NCBI GenBank assembly: GCA_037443265.1
Contig: JBBIOR010000018.1
Location: forward strand, 1 to 33,836
DNA length: 33,836 nt
From: Candidatus Fraserbacteria bacterium
GTDB lineage: Bacteria > Bipolaricaulota > Bipolaricaulia > RBG-16-55-9
Reading direction: 5' to 3'
Positions 9,063 through 17,757 of the stretch are shown in pieces. The notes beneath the pieces are model-generated. The model saw only the letters and a program-made list of their open reading frames with translations, searched no databases and was not told the origin of the DNA. The translations under genes and the position numbers were made by a program. How positions within the stretch are numbered: the stretch's first letter is position 1; the number at the start of each line of letters is the position of its first letter.

Positions 9063-10338
9063 GTTTAAGCTCCTGCAGCTCGTACCGCACCCGCGTGGTG
9101 GGCACCTTAAAATCTATAAGGCGTGCCAGGTCCACCGGCGTGGCGACCACCACAGCCTCGCAATCTGAGCGGTTGATCGTCTCTTCCAGATCGCGAATCT
9201 GCTCTTCGCCATAGCCCATGGCGGGCAGAATATTCTGTAGATGCGGGTATTTTTGGAACGTCGCTTGAATGGAGTTGACCGCAAAGCGTCTGGGGTCGAT
9301 CAGCTCGCGCGCGCCATATTTTTCAGCAGCGATGGCGCCCGCACCGTACTCCATCTCGCCGTGCGTGAGCGTCGGGCCGTCTTCAATCACCAAGACGCGC
9401 TTGCCGCGGATCACCTCCGGGTTTTCGACGTAGATGGGGGAGGCCGCTTCGATGACGATCGCTTGCGGGTTGTGCTGGCGCACGTTAGCCCGCACGCGCT
9501 CGATGTCTTTATTGTCGGCTGTGTCGACCTTGTTGATGATCACCACATCGGCCATGCGCAGATTCACATAGCCGGGGAAGTACGCGAGTTCATGCCCTGG
9601 CCGGTGGGGGTCCGCTACGACGATAGAGAGATCGGGCTTATAGAACGAAAAGTCATTATTGCCTCCGTCCCAGACGAGCACATCGGCCTCTTTTTCAGCT
9701 TCTCTTAAGATCTTCTCGTAATCGACGCCGGCATAGACGATGTTGCCACGCGCCAGATGGGGCTCGTACTCCTCGCGCTCCTCAATGGTGCAATTATATC
9801 GATCTAGATCGTCGAAGCGGGCAAAGCGCTGGCAGATCTGCTGCGTGAGATCGCCATAGGGCATCGGGTGGCGGACGACGACGATCCTAAGGCCCATCTT
9901 CTTAAGAATATCGGTCACACGGCGGGTGGTCTGGCTCTTGCCCGCCCCGGTGCGCACGGCCGTTACAGATATTACGGGCACTTTTGCTTTGAGCATGGTC
10001 GAGTTTGGCCCCAACAGCGCAAAATCTGCTCCGGCCGCCATGGCTACGGAAGCCCGCTCCATCACGTATTGATGCGAGACGTCGCTGTAGGCGAAGACGG
10101 CTAGTTCCACGGCATACTCTTTGATCAGCTCCACGAGATCTTCTTCAGACTCGATGGGGATGCCCTGCGGGTAGAGCTCCCCGGCCAGCTCCGGCGGATA
10201 TCTGCGCCCCTCGATATCTGGAATCTGCGTGGCGGTAAAGGCCACGACTTCATATTGAGAGTTGTCGCGGAAATAGACGTTGAAATTGTGAAAATCCCGC
10301 CCGGCCGCGCCCAGGATGATGACGCGCTTGCGCTTCAC
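9004..10338 (-). CDS. arcE: COG2403 P-loop enzyme (cDPG-synthetase-like family), likely arginine synthetase ArcE
   Basis: ILGAAGRDFHNFN, TATQIP, AVRTGAGKSQT, RHPMPYG, TIEEREEYE, WDGGNND, EDGPTLTHG, LPAMGY; these match my recollection of the Thermococcales ArcE family. GTG start with AAGGAG SD. Confidence 0.8.
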   Translation of the reverse strand: MKRKRVIILGAAGRDFHNFNVYFRDNSQYEVVAFTATQIPDIEGRRYPPELAGELYPQGIPIESEEDLVELIKEYAVELAVFAYSDVSHQYVMERASVAMAAGADFALLGPNSTMLKAKVPVISVTAVRTGAGKSQTTRRVTDILKKMGLRIVVVRHPMPYGDLTQQICQRFARFDDLDRYNCTIEEREEYEPHLARGNIVYAGVDYEKILREAEKEADVLVWDGGNNDFSFYKPDLSIVVADPHRPGHELAYFPGYVNLRMADVVIINKVDTADNKDIERVRANVRQHNPQAIVIEAASPIYVENPEVIRGKRVLVIEDGPTLTHGEMEYGAGAIAAEKYGARELIDPRRFAVNSIQATFQKYPHLQNILPAMGYGEEQIRDLEETINRSDCEAVVVATPVDLARLIDFKVPTTRVRYELQELKPMSLEDVIHERLGHALQRS

Positions 10339-10370
10339 AAGATCACTCCTTTTCCCTGTTCGATGGCTTG

Positions 10371-10838
10371 CTAGAAGATCTCCAGGATTTGAAATTGTTG
10401 GGTTCCCCGTGGGGCCTGGACAGAGACCCGCTGGCCCGCTGTCCGGCCCAGGAGGGCCAGCCCCAGCGGAGAGTGAGAGGAGACGGGCATCAGCCCATCC
10501 TCCGTGGCCAAGCTGAGATCTGAGACGAGCACGACGCGCAGCTCTTCGCCCGTGAGCAGATCCGTCAAGCGCACCCGCGAGCCCGGCCGGACCTCCCCGG
10601 ACGGCCCCTTCTCATCCACAAGCTTGGCTTGCCTAAGCCTGCGGCGAATCTCAGCGATCTCGCCCTCTAGGAACGCTTGCTTCTCTTTAGCCGCATGATA
10701 GGCCGCGTTCTCCCGGAGATCGCGCTGGGCCCGCGCTTCGGCGATCTCCTGGGCGACGGCTAAGCGCTGCTTCTCCAGCTCCTCCAAGCGCTCTTTGAGC
10801 CGCTCGTATTCGTCTCGCCTCAGATAGAACTCTTCCAT
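10371..10838 (-). CDS. greA: transcription elongation factor GreA
   Basis: Coiled coil with ARAQRDLRENAAYHAAKE; C-terminal VSSHSPLGLALLG. Confidence 0.93.
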   Translation of the reverse strand: MEEFYLRRDEYERLKERLEELEKQRLAVAQEIAEARAQRDLRENAAYHAAKEKQAFLEGEIAEIRRRLRQAKLVDEKGPSGEVRPGSRVRLTDLLTGEELRVVLVSDLSLATEDGLMPVSSHSPLGLALLGRTAGQRVSVQAPRGTQQFQILEIF

Positions 10839-10846
10839 GGCCCGTT

Positions 10847-10876
10847 ATTATTATCGAGATGGCCCGCGGCTGTCAA
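10847..10876 (-). promoter_or_regulatory. greA promoter (leaderless-type)
   Basis: Minus strand TTGACA-18-AATAAT (within GATAATAATAA), 8 nt before ATG10838. No SD. Confidence 0.6.
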
Positions 10877-10913
10877 ACAGCTGGCACCTCGAGGGCAAGT
10901 GGCCTTCCCCACA

Positions 10914-10942
10914 TTGAAAATCTCAGCCCCATCCCCTATGCT
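10914..10942 (+). promoter_or_regulatory. mutS2 operon promoter (leaderless-type)
   Basis: TTGAAA-17-TATGCT, 9 nt before ATG10952. No SD. Confidence 0.55.
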
Positions 10943-10951
10943 TCAGGCCGA

Positions 10952-13303
10952 ATGACTGCATCGCCCATCGTCAATGAGCGCACTGTCAGGGACCTGGAGT
11001 TTGAGCGAGTAAAGGCCCAGATCCAGCGTTTCGCCGTTTCGCCTTTAGGGCAGGCGGCGATCGCTGCGCTCTTGCCTACGGCTGAGCTTAGCGCGATCGA
11101 GCGGGAGCTAAAGCGCGTGGGAGAAATGAGAGAAGCGATCTTGGAGTTAGGCCTGGCGCCGGGGCCCATGGAGGACCTGGAACCCATCTTACAACGAGCC
11201 CACCAGACCACCTCGCTCGACGGCCCAGAATTTTTGATGATCTTAAAGACGCTGGAGAGCGGACGGTGCCTGAGAGAAGCCATTCTAGAGGGTTCGTATC
11301 CCGAGCTTAGGGAGATCGCCGAGCGGGTTCACGTCTTCCGCGAGCTGGAAGGAGCCATCCGCAGGAGCTTCGATGAGGAAGGCGAACTTAGCGAAGATGC
11401 CTCGCCGCGTCTTAGCCAGCTCTATCGGCGAAAGAGAGCCGTCGAAGAGCAAGTCGAAGAGCGCCTGAAAGCCTTCTTAAATGCCCCAGAGTACGCGGGC
11501 CTGATTCGAGAGCCCATCATCACCCGCCGCTCCAGTCGCCTGGTGATCCCCATCAAGAGCCCCTCCAAGCACGAGATCGACTGCGTGGTGCATGACACCT
11601 CGGATTCGGGCCAGACACTCTACATCGAGCCGCGCTCGGTAGTAGAACTCAACAACGAAATCCGCGAGCTGGAGGGCGAGATCCGCGCGGAGAAGACCCG
11701 CATCCTCAAAGAGCTGACTGGCAAAATTCAACAAGAGAGCCGCGCGCTTCAAGAGATGCTCCGGGCCTTGCGTCTGCTCGATGGGCTCTACGCGCGCGCT
11801 CAATATGCCCAGAAGCTGGGCTGCTCCGTCCCTCGGATCAACACCCTGGGGAGAATTCGCTTGAAGGGCGCGCGCCACCCGCTGCTCGATCCCGAAAGAG
11901 TCGTCCCCATCGACATCGAGTTCGGGGAAGAGCATCTAGGGGTGCTCATCACAGGGCCCAACACCGGCGGCAAGACCGTCACGCTCAAGACGATCGGGCT
12001 GCTTACGCTCATGATCCAGTCTGGCATTCCCATCCCGGCGGATCCGGAGAGCGAGTTTTCCATCTTCGAAAGAATTAGAAGCGACATCGGCGACGAGCAG
12101 TCTATCCAACAGAATTTGAGCACGTTCTCGTCCCACATGAGGAACATCGTGGGCATCTTGAAAGAGAGCGATGCCCGCTCGTTGGTGTTGCTCGATGAGC
12201 TGGGGGCTGGCACGGACCCCCAAGAGGGCGCGGCGCTGGGGATTGCGATCTTAAGACGCCTGTTGGACAAAGAAGCCCGCTTGGTCGTGACTACGCACTT
12301 AAGTGCGCTCAAGCACTTTGCCTATCAGCATGAGCGGCTCAAGACGTGCTCTGTGGAGTTCGATGTGCAGACGCTCAAGCCCACGTATCGGCTCCTCGAG
12401 GGCGTGGGTGCCAGCAACGCTTTTATTATTGCGGAGCGGCTGGGGCTGTCCACGGAGATCGTCAGCGATGCCCAGCATTTTCTAGCCGAAGGAGCCGTCC
12501 GGGCCGAGGAGATCATCCGGCTGTTGGAGCAAGAGCGCCTAGCGCTCTCAGAGGAGCGAGCTCGTCTCTCTCAGGAGCTGGAGGCCGCCCGCCAGCAGCG
12601 CAGGCTCTTTGAAGAGCGCCTGCGCGAGCTGGAAGAAGAGAGAGTAGAACATCTGCGGGCCGAGCTGCGCGCGCTCGAGCTCCTGCTCAAAGAGACTCGT
12701 CACAAGCTTGAGCAAGCCCTCCATCGAGCCCGCTCCGGCTCTGAGGCAGAGATCAAGACGGAGCTCAAGCGCCTGGAACAGACGACACAAGCGCTGGCGG
12801 TGGCCGCGGAGCAAGTGGCGCAGCCGCCGGAAGAGCCGTTGAGCTTCGCGCAGCTCAAGAGAGGCATGCGCGTGCGCGTGGAGCCCTTGAATCAAATCGG
12901 CATCGTTCGAGAGATCATCAGCACAAGCCGCGTGGAAGTCGAGATCAACGGACTGAGGGTTCAAGCGAAGCTGGGAGATCTCCGCCCGGCTCCCGCTGAG
13001 AAAGCTCACGGGGAAGAAGCGTCCCCTGAGCCCGTCGTCCACGAGATCTCACTGAATAGCCCGGGCCTTGAGCTCCACGTGCGAGGCCTTACGGTGAGTG
13101 CGGCGCTGCGCGAAGTCGATCTGTATCTGGACAGACTGGTGCTGGGCGAGATTCACAAAGCGTATATCATTCATGGGAAGGGGACGGGGGCGCTGCGCCG
13201 GGCCATCGGGGAGCAGTTGGCGCGTGACCCGCGCGTGGCGCGCTTCTACCCTGCTCCCGTCCAACAAGGAGGAGAGGGTATCACCATCGTCGAACTCAAA
13301 TGA
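10952..13303 (+). CDS. mutS2: endonuclease MutS2 (Smr domain)
   Basis: N-terminal LEFERVK, ITGPNTGGKT, DIGDEQSIQQNLSTFSSH, LDELGAGTDP, coiled coil, Smr IIHGKGTGALR. Start refined to ATG10952. Confidence 0.96.
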   Translation: MTASPIVNERTVRDLEFERVKAQIQRFAVSPLGQAAIAALLPTAELSAIERELKRVGEMREAILELGLAPGPMEDLEPILQRAHQTTSLDGPEFLMILKTLESGRCLREAILEGSYPELREIAERVHVFRELEGAIRRSFDEEGELSEDASPRLSQLYRRKRAVEEQVEERLKAFLNAPEYAGLIREPIITRRSSRLVIPIKSPSKHEIDCVVHDTSDSGQTLYIEPRSVVELNNEIRELEGEIRAEKTRILKELTGKIQQESRALQEMLRALRLLDGLYARAQYAQKLGCSVPRINTLGRIRLKGARHPLLDPERVVPIDIEFGEEHLGVLITGPNTGGKTVTLKTIGLLTLMIQSGIPIPADPESEFSIFERIRSDIGDEQSIQQNLSTFSSHMRNIVGILKESDARSLVLLDELGAGTDPQEGAALGIAILRRLLDKEARLVVTTHLSALKHFAYQHERLKTCSVEFDVQTLKPTYRLLEGVGASNAFIIAERLGLSTEIVSDAQHFLAEGAVRAEEIIRLLEQERLALSEERARLSQELEAARQQRRLFEERLRELEEERVEHLRAELRALELLLKETRHKLEQALHRARSGSEAEIKTELKRLEQTTQALAVAAEQVAQPPEEPLSFAQLKRGMRVRVEPLNQIGIVREIISTSRVEVEINGLRVQAKLGDLRPAPAEKAHGEEASPEPVVHEISLNSPGLELHVRGLTVSAALREVDLYLDRLVLGEIHKAYIIHGKGTGALRRAIGEQLARDPRVARFYPAPVQQGGEGITIVELK

Positions 13304-14652
13304 AATCTCTATGGCTCGTTACACTGGGGATCTTGCTGTTTTTCGGGAGCGAGGCGTTAGGCGCTTTAAATAAAGTTGTGATCATCGGGCTCAAGCGCCC
13401 CGGAGGGCTCTCCGCTCAGAGCGTCATCGAAGCCCTCCAAAAAGAGATCGAAGGGACCGGAGGGCACATCGAGCTGGAGCGCCCCTATACGCTCATTGAT
13501 GCGGTCGTGGCTCGAGTCGATCCCGCGACGCTCAAACAGCTAGCGCAGAATCCCCACGTGCGCTACCTCGTGCCCGATGGGCTGGTGGCCACGCCGGAGC
13601 GCTGGGCGGAAGACTCATTCTTTTTCTTTCAACCCCAGAGCGTGGAGCTTTACGGGACACCCGTGGAGTTCTACTCCTGGGGTGTGAAGCGGGTGAGGGC
13701 ACCTGCCGTCCATCGAGCCTCGCCCTCCGAGCTACCCTCTTGGGGGGGGCTGCTCGCTTTGGGGATGCTAGGAGCCTGGGCGCTGGGGGTGCGAAACTCC
13801 CGACGGCTCTTTGTGGCGCTGGTGCTCGGCTCCTTTGGGCTCTTGTCGGGTGGGTGTACGCTGAGCGTCGTGCTGCCGCATCCGGGGATCCTAGGAGAGG
13901 GGGTAGAAGTTGCGCTTCTGGACACGGGCATCGATCTGCGCCATCCCGATCTTCGTGAGAACGTTCTGGGAGGCATAGATCTCTTCAATGGCGATGATAA
14001 TCCGCAGGACGACAACGGTCACGGCACGGGGGTGGCGGGGCTTCTGGCGGCCGCCGAGAACGGCGTAGGGCTGATTGGCGTCGCCCCCAGAGTCAAACTC
14101 TGGGCCATCAAGATGTTGGGCAGGGACGAGCAGGGCTCGATCAGCGATCTCATCCGAGGGATCGAGTGGGCCGTTGAGCGCGGAGCTAAGATCCTCAACA
14201 TGAGCCTAGGCACGCCGGATGATAATCCAGCCTTGCGCGAGGCCATTGGGGCGGCGTATCGGGCCGGGGTGCTGCTGGTGGCAGCCGCAGGCAATAAGGG
14301 CGATCGGGTGCTCTTCCCGGCGGCTTATCCCGAAGTGATTGCCGTCGGGGCCACCAATCGCAATGATCAGCGGGCCTGGTTCAGCAACATGGGCCCTGAG
14401 GTGGAACTGGCCGCTCCAGGCACGGATCTGCTCTCTGCAGCTCTCCAGGGAGGGTACAGAACGTTCAATGGCACATCCTTTGCTGTCCCTCATGTGAGCG
14501 GGGTGGCGGCCCTGCTCTTCGCGGCGGGGCTACAAGATGCTCAGCGGGTACGCCAACGTCTGGATCAGACTGCGGAAGATTTGGGCCTGCTCATCACCGC
14601 ACAGGGCTACGGCCTCGTGGACGCGGAGCGCGCCGTCCTCGGGCGGGAGTGA
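13300..14652 (+). CDS. S8 subtilisin-like serine peptidase with signal peptide, I9-like prodomain and an internal hydrophobic insertion
   Basis: Catalytic motifs LDTGID, GHGTGVAG and NGTSFAVPHVSG; AAAGN oxyanion motif. ATGA overlap with mutS2. Confidence 0.93.
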   Translation: MKSLWLVTLGILLFFGSEALGALNKVVIIGLKRPGGLSAQSVIEALQKEIEGTGGHIELERPYTLIDAVVARVDPATLKQLAQNPHVRYLVPDGLVATPERWAEDSFFFFQPQSVELYGTPVEFYSWGVKRVRAPAVHRASPSELPSWGGLLALGMLGAWALGVRNSRRLFVALVLGSFGLLSGGCTLSVVLPHPGILGEGVEVALLDTGIDLRHPDLRENVLGGIDLFNGDDNPQDDNGHGTGVAGLLAAAENGVGLIGVAPRVKLWAIKMLGRDEQGSISDLIRGIEWAVERGAKILNMSLGTPDDNPALREAIGAAYRAGVLLVAAAGNKGDRVLFPAAYPEVIAVGATNRNDQRAWFSNMGPEVELAAPGTDLLSAALQGGYRTFNGTSFAVPHVSGVAALLFAAGLQDAQRVRQRLDQTAEDLGLLITAQGYGLVDAERAVLGRE

Positions 14653-14698
14653 CTTTGGAGCTACGATTTCAAGCGCAGCGGGAAACAGCGCAGCTATT

Positions 14699-15619
14699 AT
14701 GGCTAGAGATAGAGATGAGGACGTTCCGATGACGCTGGGCGAGCACCTAGAAGAGCTGCGCAACCGACTGTTCTACTCGCTGTTCGTTGTCTTTCTCTTG
14801 GCCATCTTGGCCTATGTCTCTAAAGATCAACTGATGGCCATTGTGATTTACCCCTTTCAGAACGCGCTTCGGAGCACCTTGGGGCTTACGCTCTCCTCGG
14901 ATCAGATCCAGATGCTGGCGGCCAAGATGCGGGAATGGCTGAGTGCCCAAATCTGTGGCGATCGCCCCTGCTTTACCCAGGCGGAAGTCGAGGCCACGGT
15001 CAGCAGCTGGCAGCGCAGCTTCTCCGCCGGCAGCGGGCTCATCTTCACCCATCCCACCGAGGCCTTCTTCGGGTATGTGAAGCTCTCGTTCTACGTGGGG
15101 CTCTTGGCGGGCATGCCCTTTGTACTCTATCAAGTCTGGAGGTTTGTCGTGCCTGCCCTCTATCAGAAAGAGCGCAAGTACATGCTGAACGCGCTCCTCT
15201 TCGGCTCGGCGCTCTTTTACGGTGGAGCGATCTTCTGTTTTGTCGTCGTCATCCCCGTCGCCTTGTATTTTTTGATCGGCGTGGGGCAGCCCTATCTGGT
15301 CCCCTTATTCACCCTCAACAATTATATCTCGTTCGTGATGTTGCTCATGCTGCTCTTCGGCTTAAGCTTTGAGCTGCCGCTGGCGATGTATCTGCTCGTC
15401 AGGGTCGGCCTGGTGGAGCATCGGCTGTTCGTCCAGCAATGGAGGTGGGTCATTGTGGGCGCGTTCGTCGTCGGGGCCGTGCTCACTCCCACGCCCGATC
15501 CGTTCACGCAAGTGGCGCTGGCGGGCCCGCTGATTGTATTATATGGTGTGGGTTTGCTGCTGACGCGCTTTGCCCAGCCGCAGGCCGCGCAAGAGGTGGC
15601 CATCGAGAAGACCAGCTAG
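14699..15619 (+). CDS. tatC: twin-arginine translocase subunit TatC
   Basis: MTLGEHLEELRNRL, YQVWRFVVPALY..E, FELP, LTPTPDPFTQ. Confidence 0.95.
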   Translation: MARDRDEDVPMTLGEHLEELRNRLFYSLFVVFLLAILAYVSKDQLMAIVIYPFQNALRSTLGLTLSSDQIQMLAAKMREWLSAQICGDRPCFTQAEVEATVSSWQRSFSAGSGLIFTHPTEAFFGYVKLSFYVGLLAGMPFVLYQVWRFVVPALYQKERKYMLNALLFGSALFYGGAIFCFVVVIPVALYFLIGVGQPYLVPLFTLNNYISFVMLLMLLFGLSFELPLAMYLLVRVGLVEHRLFVQQWRWVIVGAFVVGAVLTPTPDPFTQVALAGPLIVLYGVGLLLTRFAQPQAAQEVAIEKTS

Positions 15620-15635
15620 GAAAGGGGTGATTCCC

Positions 15636-16196
15636 ATGGGTGTAAGCGATTTGGGAAGGGGCATGACGATCGAGTGGAACGGCGAACTCTATTTCATCGA
15701 AGAGTATGCGCACATGAAGAAGGCCCAGCGGCGGCCCGTGGCCCAGACGAAACTTAGACACCTCAAGACGAATCGCATCTTGTTTCAGAACTTTACGGAT
15801 GTCGATCCTGTCAAGATCGTGCGGCTCGAAGAGCGGCCGCTCCAATATTTGTATAACAGCTCCGGGATCTATTACTTTATGGACATGCAATCCTACGATC
15901 AGTTCTCGCTGGCGGAGGAGCAGTTGGGCGATGTGCGCTATTATCTGAAGGAGAACATGGAGCTGGTGGGACTCTTCCATGAGGGCCAGTTCGTGAAGAT
16001 CGAACTGCCGCTGTCGGTGGAGCTGCGGGTAGTGGGAACGGACCCCGGCGTGCGTGGGGACACCGTGGCCGGGGCGGAGAAGCCAGCCACCCTGGAGACC
16101 GGCCTGGAGATCAAAGTCCCGCTCTTCATCAAAGAGGGAGACGTCGTGAAGATCGATACTCGCAGTGGCAGCTATATCGAGCGGGTGAGCGGCTGA
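15636..16196 (+). CDS. efp: translation elongation factor P
   Basis: QYLY...YYFMD..SYDQ, DPGVRGDT, KPATLETG, VPLFIKEGD, IDTRSGSYIER. Confidence 0.96.
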   Translation: MGVSDLGRGMTIEWNGELYFIEEYAHMKKAQRRPVAQTKLRHLKTNRILFQNFTDVDPVKIVRLEERPLQYLYNSSGIYYFMDMQSYDQFSLAEEQLGDVRYYLKENMELVGLFHEGQFVKIELPLSVELRVVGTDPGVRGDTVAGAEKPATLETGLEIKVPLFIKEGDVVKIDTRSGSYIERVSG

Positions 16197-16600
16197 TGGA
16201 TCTACACACCAGGCCGCTAGAGCGCCGACGCCGGTCAGGCCAGGTCAATATCACGGAGCAAGTGATCGCCTCCATAGCCGGGCTGGCCGCCCTGGAGGTA
16301 GAAGGCGTTGCGGGGCTGTGGGGGAACGTAGCGGATCGGCTCAAGGCCCTCTTGGGCGATGAACGCCACGGTGTGCTGGCCCGCCTCGGTGAGGGAGGCA
16401 CGGTACGTCTCATCCTCCATGTGGCCATCCAATACGGCTACCCTATTCATCAAGTGGCCCGTCGCCTTCAGGCCCGCGTGAAGGAAGAAGTCGAGAACAT
16501 GACCGGACTTCGTGTGAGCAGCGTGGACGTCTACGTGCAGGACCTGACCCTCCCGGAGAAGAAGGAGCCCAAGGATGAGACGGCTGCTGACGTATCTTAG
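16196..16600 (+). CDS. Asp23/Gls24 family envelope stress protein (YqhY-like)
   Basis: GQVNITEQVIASIAGLAALEVEGV...LQARVKEEVENMTGLRVSSVDVYV. Confidence 0.9.
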   Translation: MDLHTRPLERRRRSGQVNITEQVIASIAGLAALEVEGVAGLWGNVADRLKALLGDERHGVLARLGEGGTVRLILHVAIQYGYPIHQVARRLQARVKEEVENMTGLRVSSVDVYVQDLTLPEKKEPKDETAADVS

Positions 16601-17192
16601 CGAAGTCGGTCACTGGATGGCCTTGCTTCTGCTCCTCTCCCTCGCTGGATTGATCATCGCGGCGCTGGCTGGCTCAAAGGCCCTCGAGCGGGTGGTGGAC
16701 GCACTCGCCAAGCAGCTGGTGGCAGGCGTTCTGGTGGCCCTGATCGTGCTGATCATGGCATTGTACTTTGGGGTTCAGGTCATCCGCGCGCGTCGGGAGC
16801 GGGGGCTCATTACGCATGCGGGCACGCGGGGGGAGATTCGCATTGCTCCGGGGGCCGTGCGCGAGTTCATCGCCCGGGTGCTGGAGGAGGAGCTGGATCT
16901 CACGGACTGTCGGGTGCACCTTAAGACCGGATCGGGGGAGGACGCGCCTCTTATGATCCGGGTGCGAGTCTCGTTGCCTTTGGGGCAGAACATGGTGGAG
17001 GCGGGAGAGCGCATCCAGGAGCTTCTGGCAAGGCGGGTGGGGGAGCGGATTGGCCTGCCTGTGGAGCGCGTGGAGGTCATCACCGCCAGCATCCGCCGCA
17101 GTGGCCCTGCTTTTGGACAAGGGACGCCCTCTCAAAGATCCTACATCACCTCCTTCAGCGAGGGCGATTTCGAGGAGGAGTTCCGTGGGTAG
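16575..17192 (+). CDS. amaP: alkaline shock response membrane anchor protein (AmaP-like)
   Basis: Two N-terminal TM helices, GEIRIA...IGLPVERVEV; position in the asp23-amaP-DUF2273-nusB block. Confidence 0.7.
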   Translation: MRRLLTYLSEVGHWMALLLLLSLAGLIIAALAGSKALERVVDALAKQLVAGVLVALIVLIMALYFGVQVIRARRERGLITHAGTRGEIRIAPGAVREFIARVLEEELDLTDCRVHLKTGSGEDAPLMIRVRVSLPLGQNMVEAGERIQELLARRVGERIGLPVERVEVITASIRRSGPAFGQGTPSQRSYITSFSEGDFEEEFRG

Positions 17193-17379
17193 TCTAAGCC
17201 CCGCAGCTTGGGGAGCACTCATCGGCTTCCTGGTGGGCGTGATGCTGCTGGTGATCCCCCTCTCTAAAGTGCTGCTCGTTGCGTTTTTAGCTTTTGTGGG
17301 GTATGCCATCGGGAGGTTAATTGAGTCAGAGGAGCTGCGCGGCCGCATCCGAGAGCTCTTTTCGCTGCTGTTTCACTGA
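17185..17379 (+). CDS. small membrane protein (DUF2273-like)
   Basis: GAGGAGG SD, GTG17185; GALIGFLVGVMLL...FVGYAIG; synteny before nusB. Confidence 0.75.
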   Translation: MGSLSPAAWGALIGFLVGVMLLVIPLSKVLLVAFLAFVGYAIGRLIESEELRGRIRELFSLLFH

Positions 17380-17382
17380 GAT

Positions 17383-17757
17383 ATGCGACGGCGTCGAGCG
17401 CGTGAACTCATCTTGAAGAAGCTCTTCCAGAAGGATTTTGTGGGGACTATCAATGGGGGTTCCGAGTCCTCTGATCCTTACGTGCGCGAGGTGCTGATGG
17501 GCATTCTCTCCCACCAAGAGGAGATCGATCACAAAATCGAGGAGCGGGCGCAGGGTTGGCGCCTGGAGCGCCTCCATTCTGTGGATCGCAATCTCTTGCG
17601 GCTGGCCGTCTATGAACTCCTCTATCGCCAAGACGTCCCTCCGGAGGTCGTCATCGATGAGGCGGTGGAGCTGGCCAAAAAATACGGCACGGAGAGATCG
17701 CCTGCCTTCATCAACGGCATCTTAGATCGCGTTCTGAAGGAGCGGGCCGGCTCATGA
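17383..17757 (+). CDS. nusB: transcription antitermination factor NusB
   Basis: RRRARE, WRLERLHSVDRNLLRLAVYE, VIDEAVELAKKY, FINGILD. Confidence 0.96.
   Translation: MRRRRARELILKKLFQKDFVGTINGGSESSDPYVREVLMGILSHQEEIDHKIEERAQGWRLERLHSVDRNLLRLAVYELLYRQDVPPEVVIDEAVELAKKYGTERSPAFINGILDRVLKERAGS

Noticed and set aside
9004..10338. Annotation as a true cyclic 2,3-diphosphoglycerate synthetase
   Set aside because: The N-terminal GAAGRDFHNFN signature fits the ArcE-like subfamily, and no 2-phosphoglycerate kinase gene is adjacent.
10859..10951. Longer MutS2 start given in the ORF track
   Set aside because: It overlaps the divergent greA/mutS2 promoters; family similarity begins after ATG10952.
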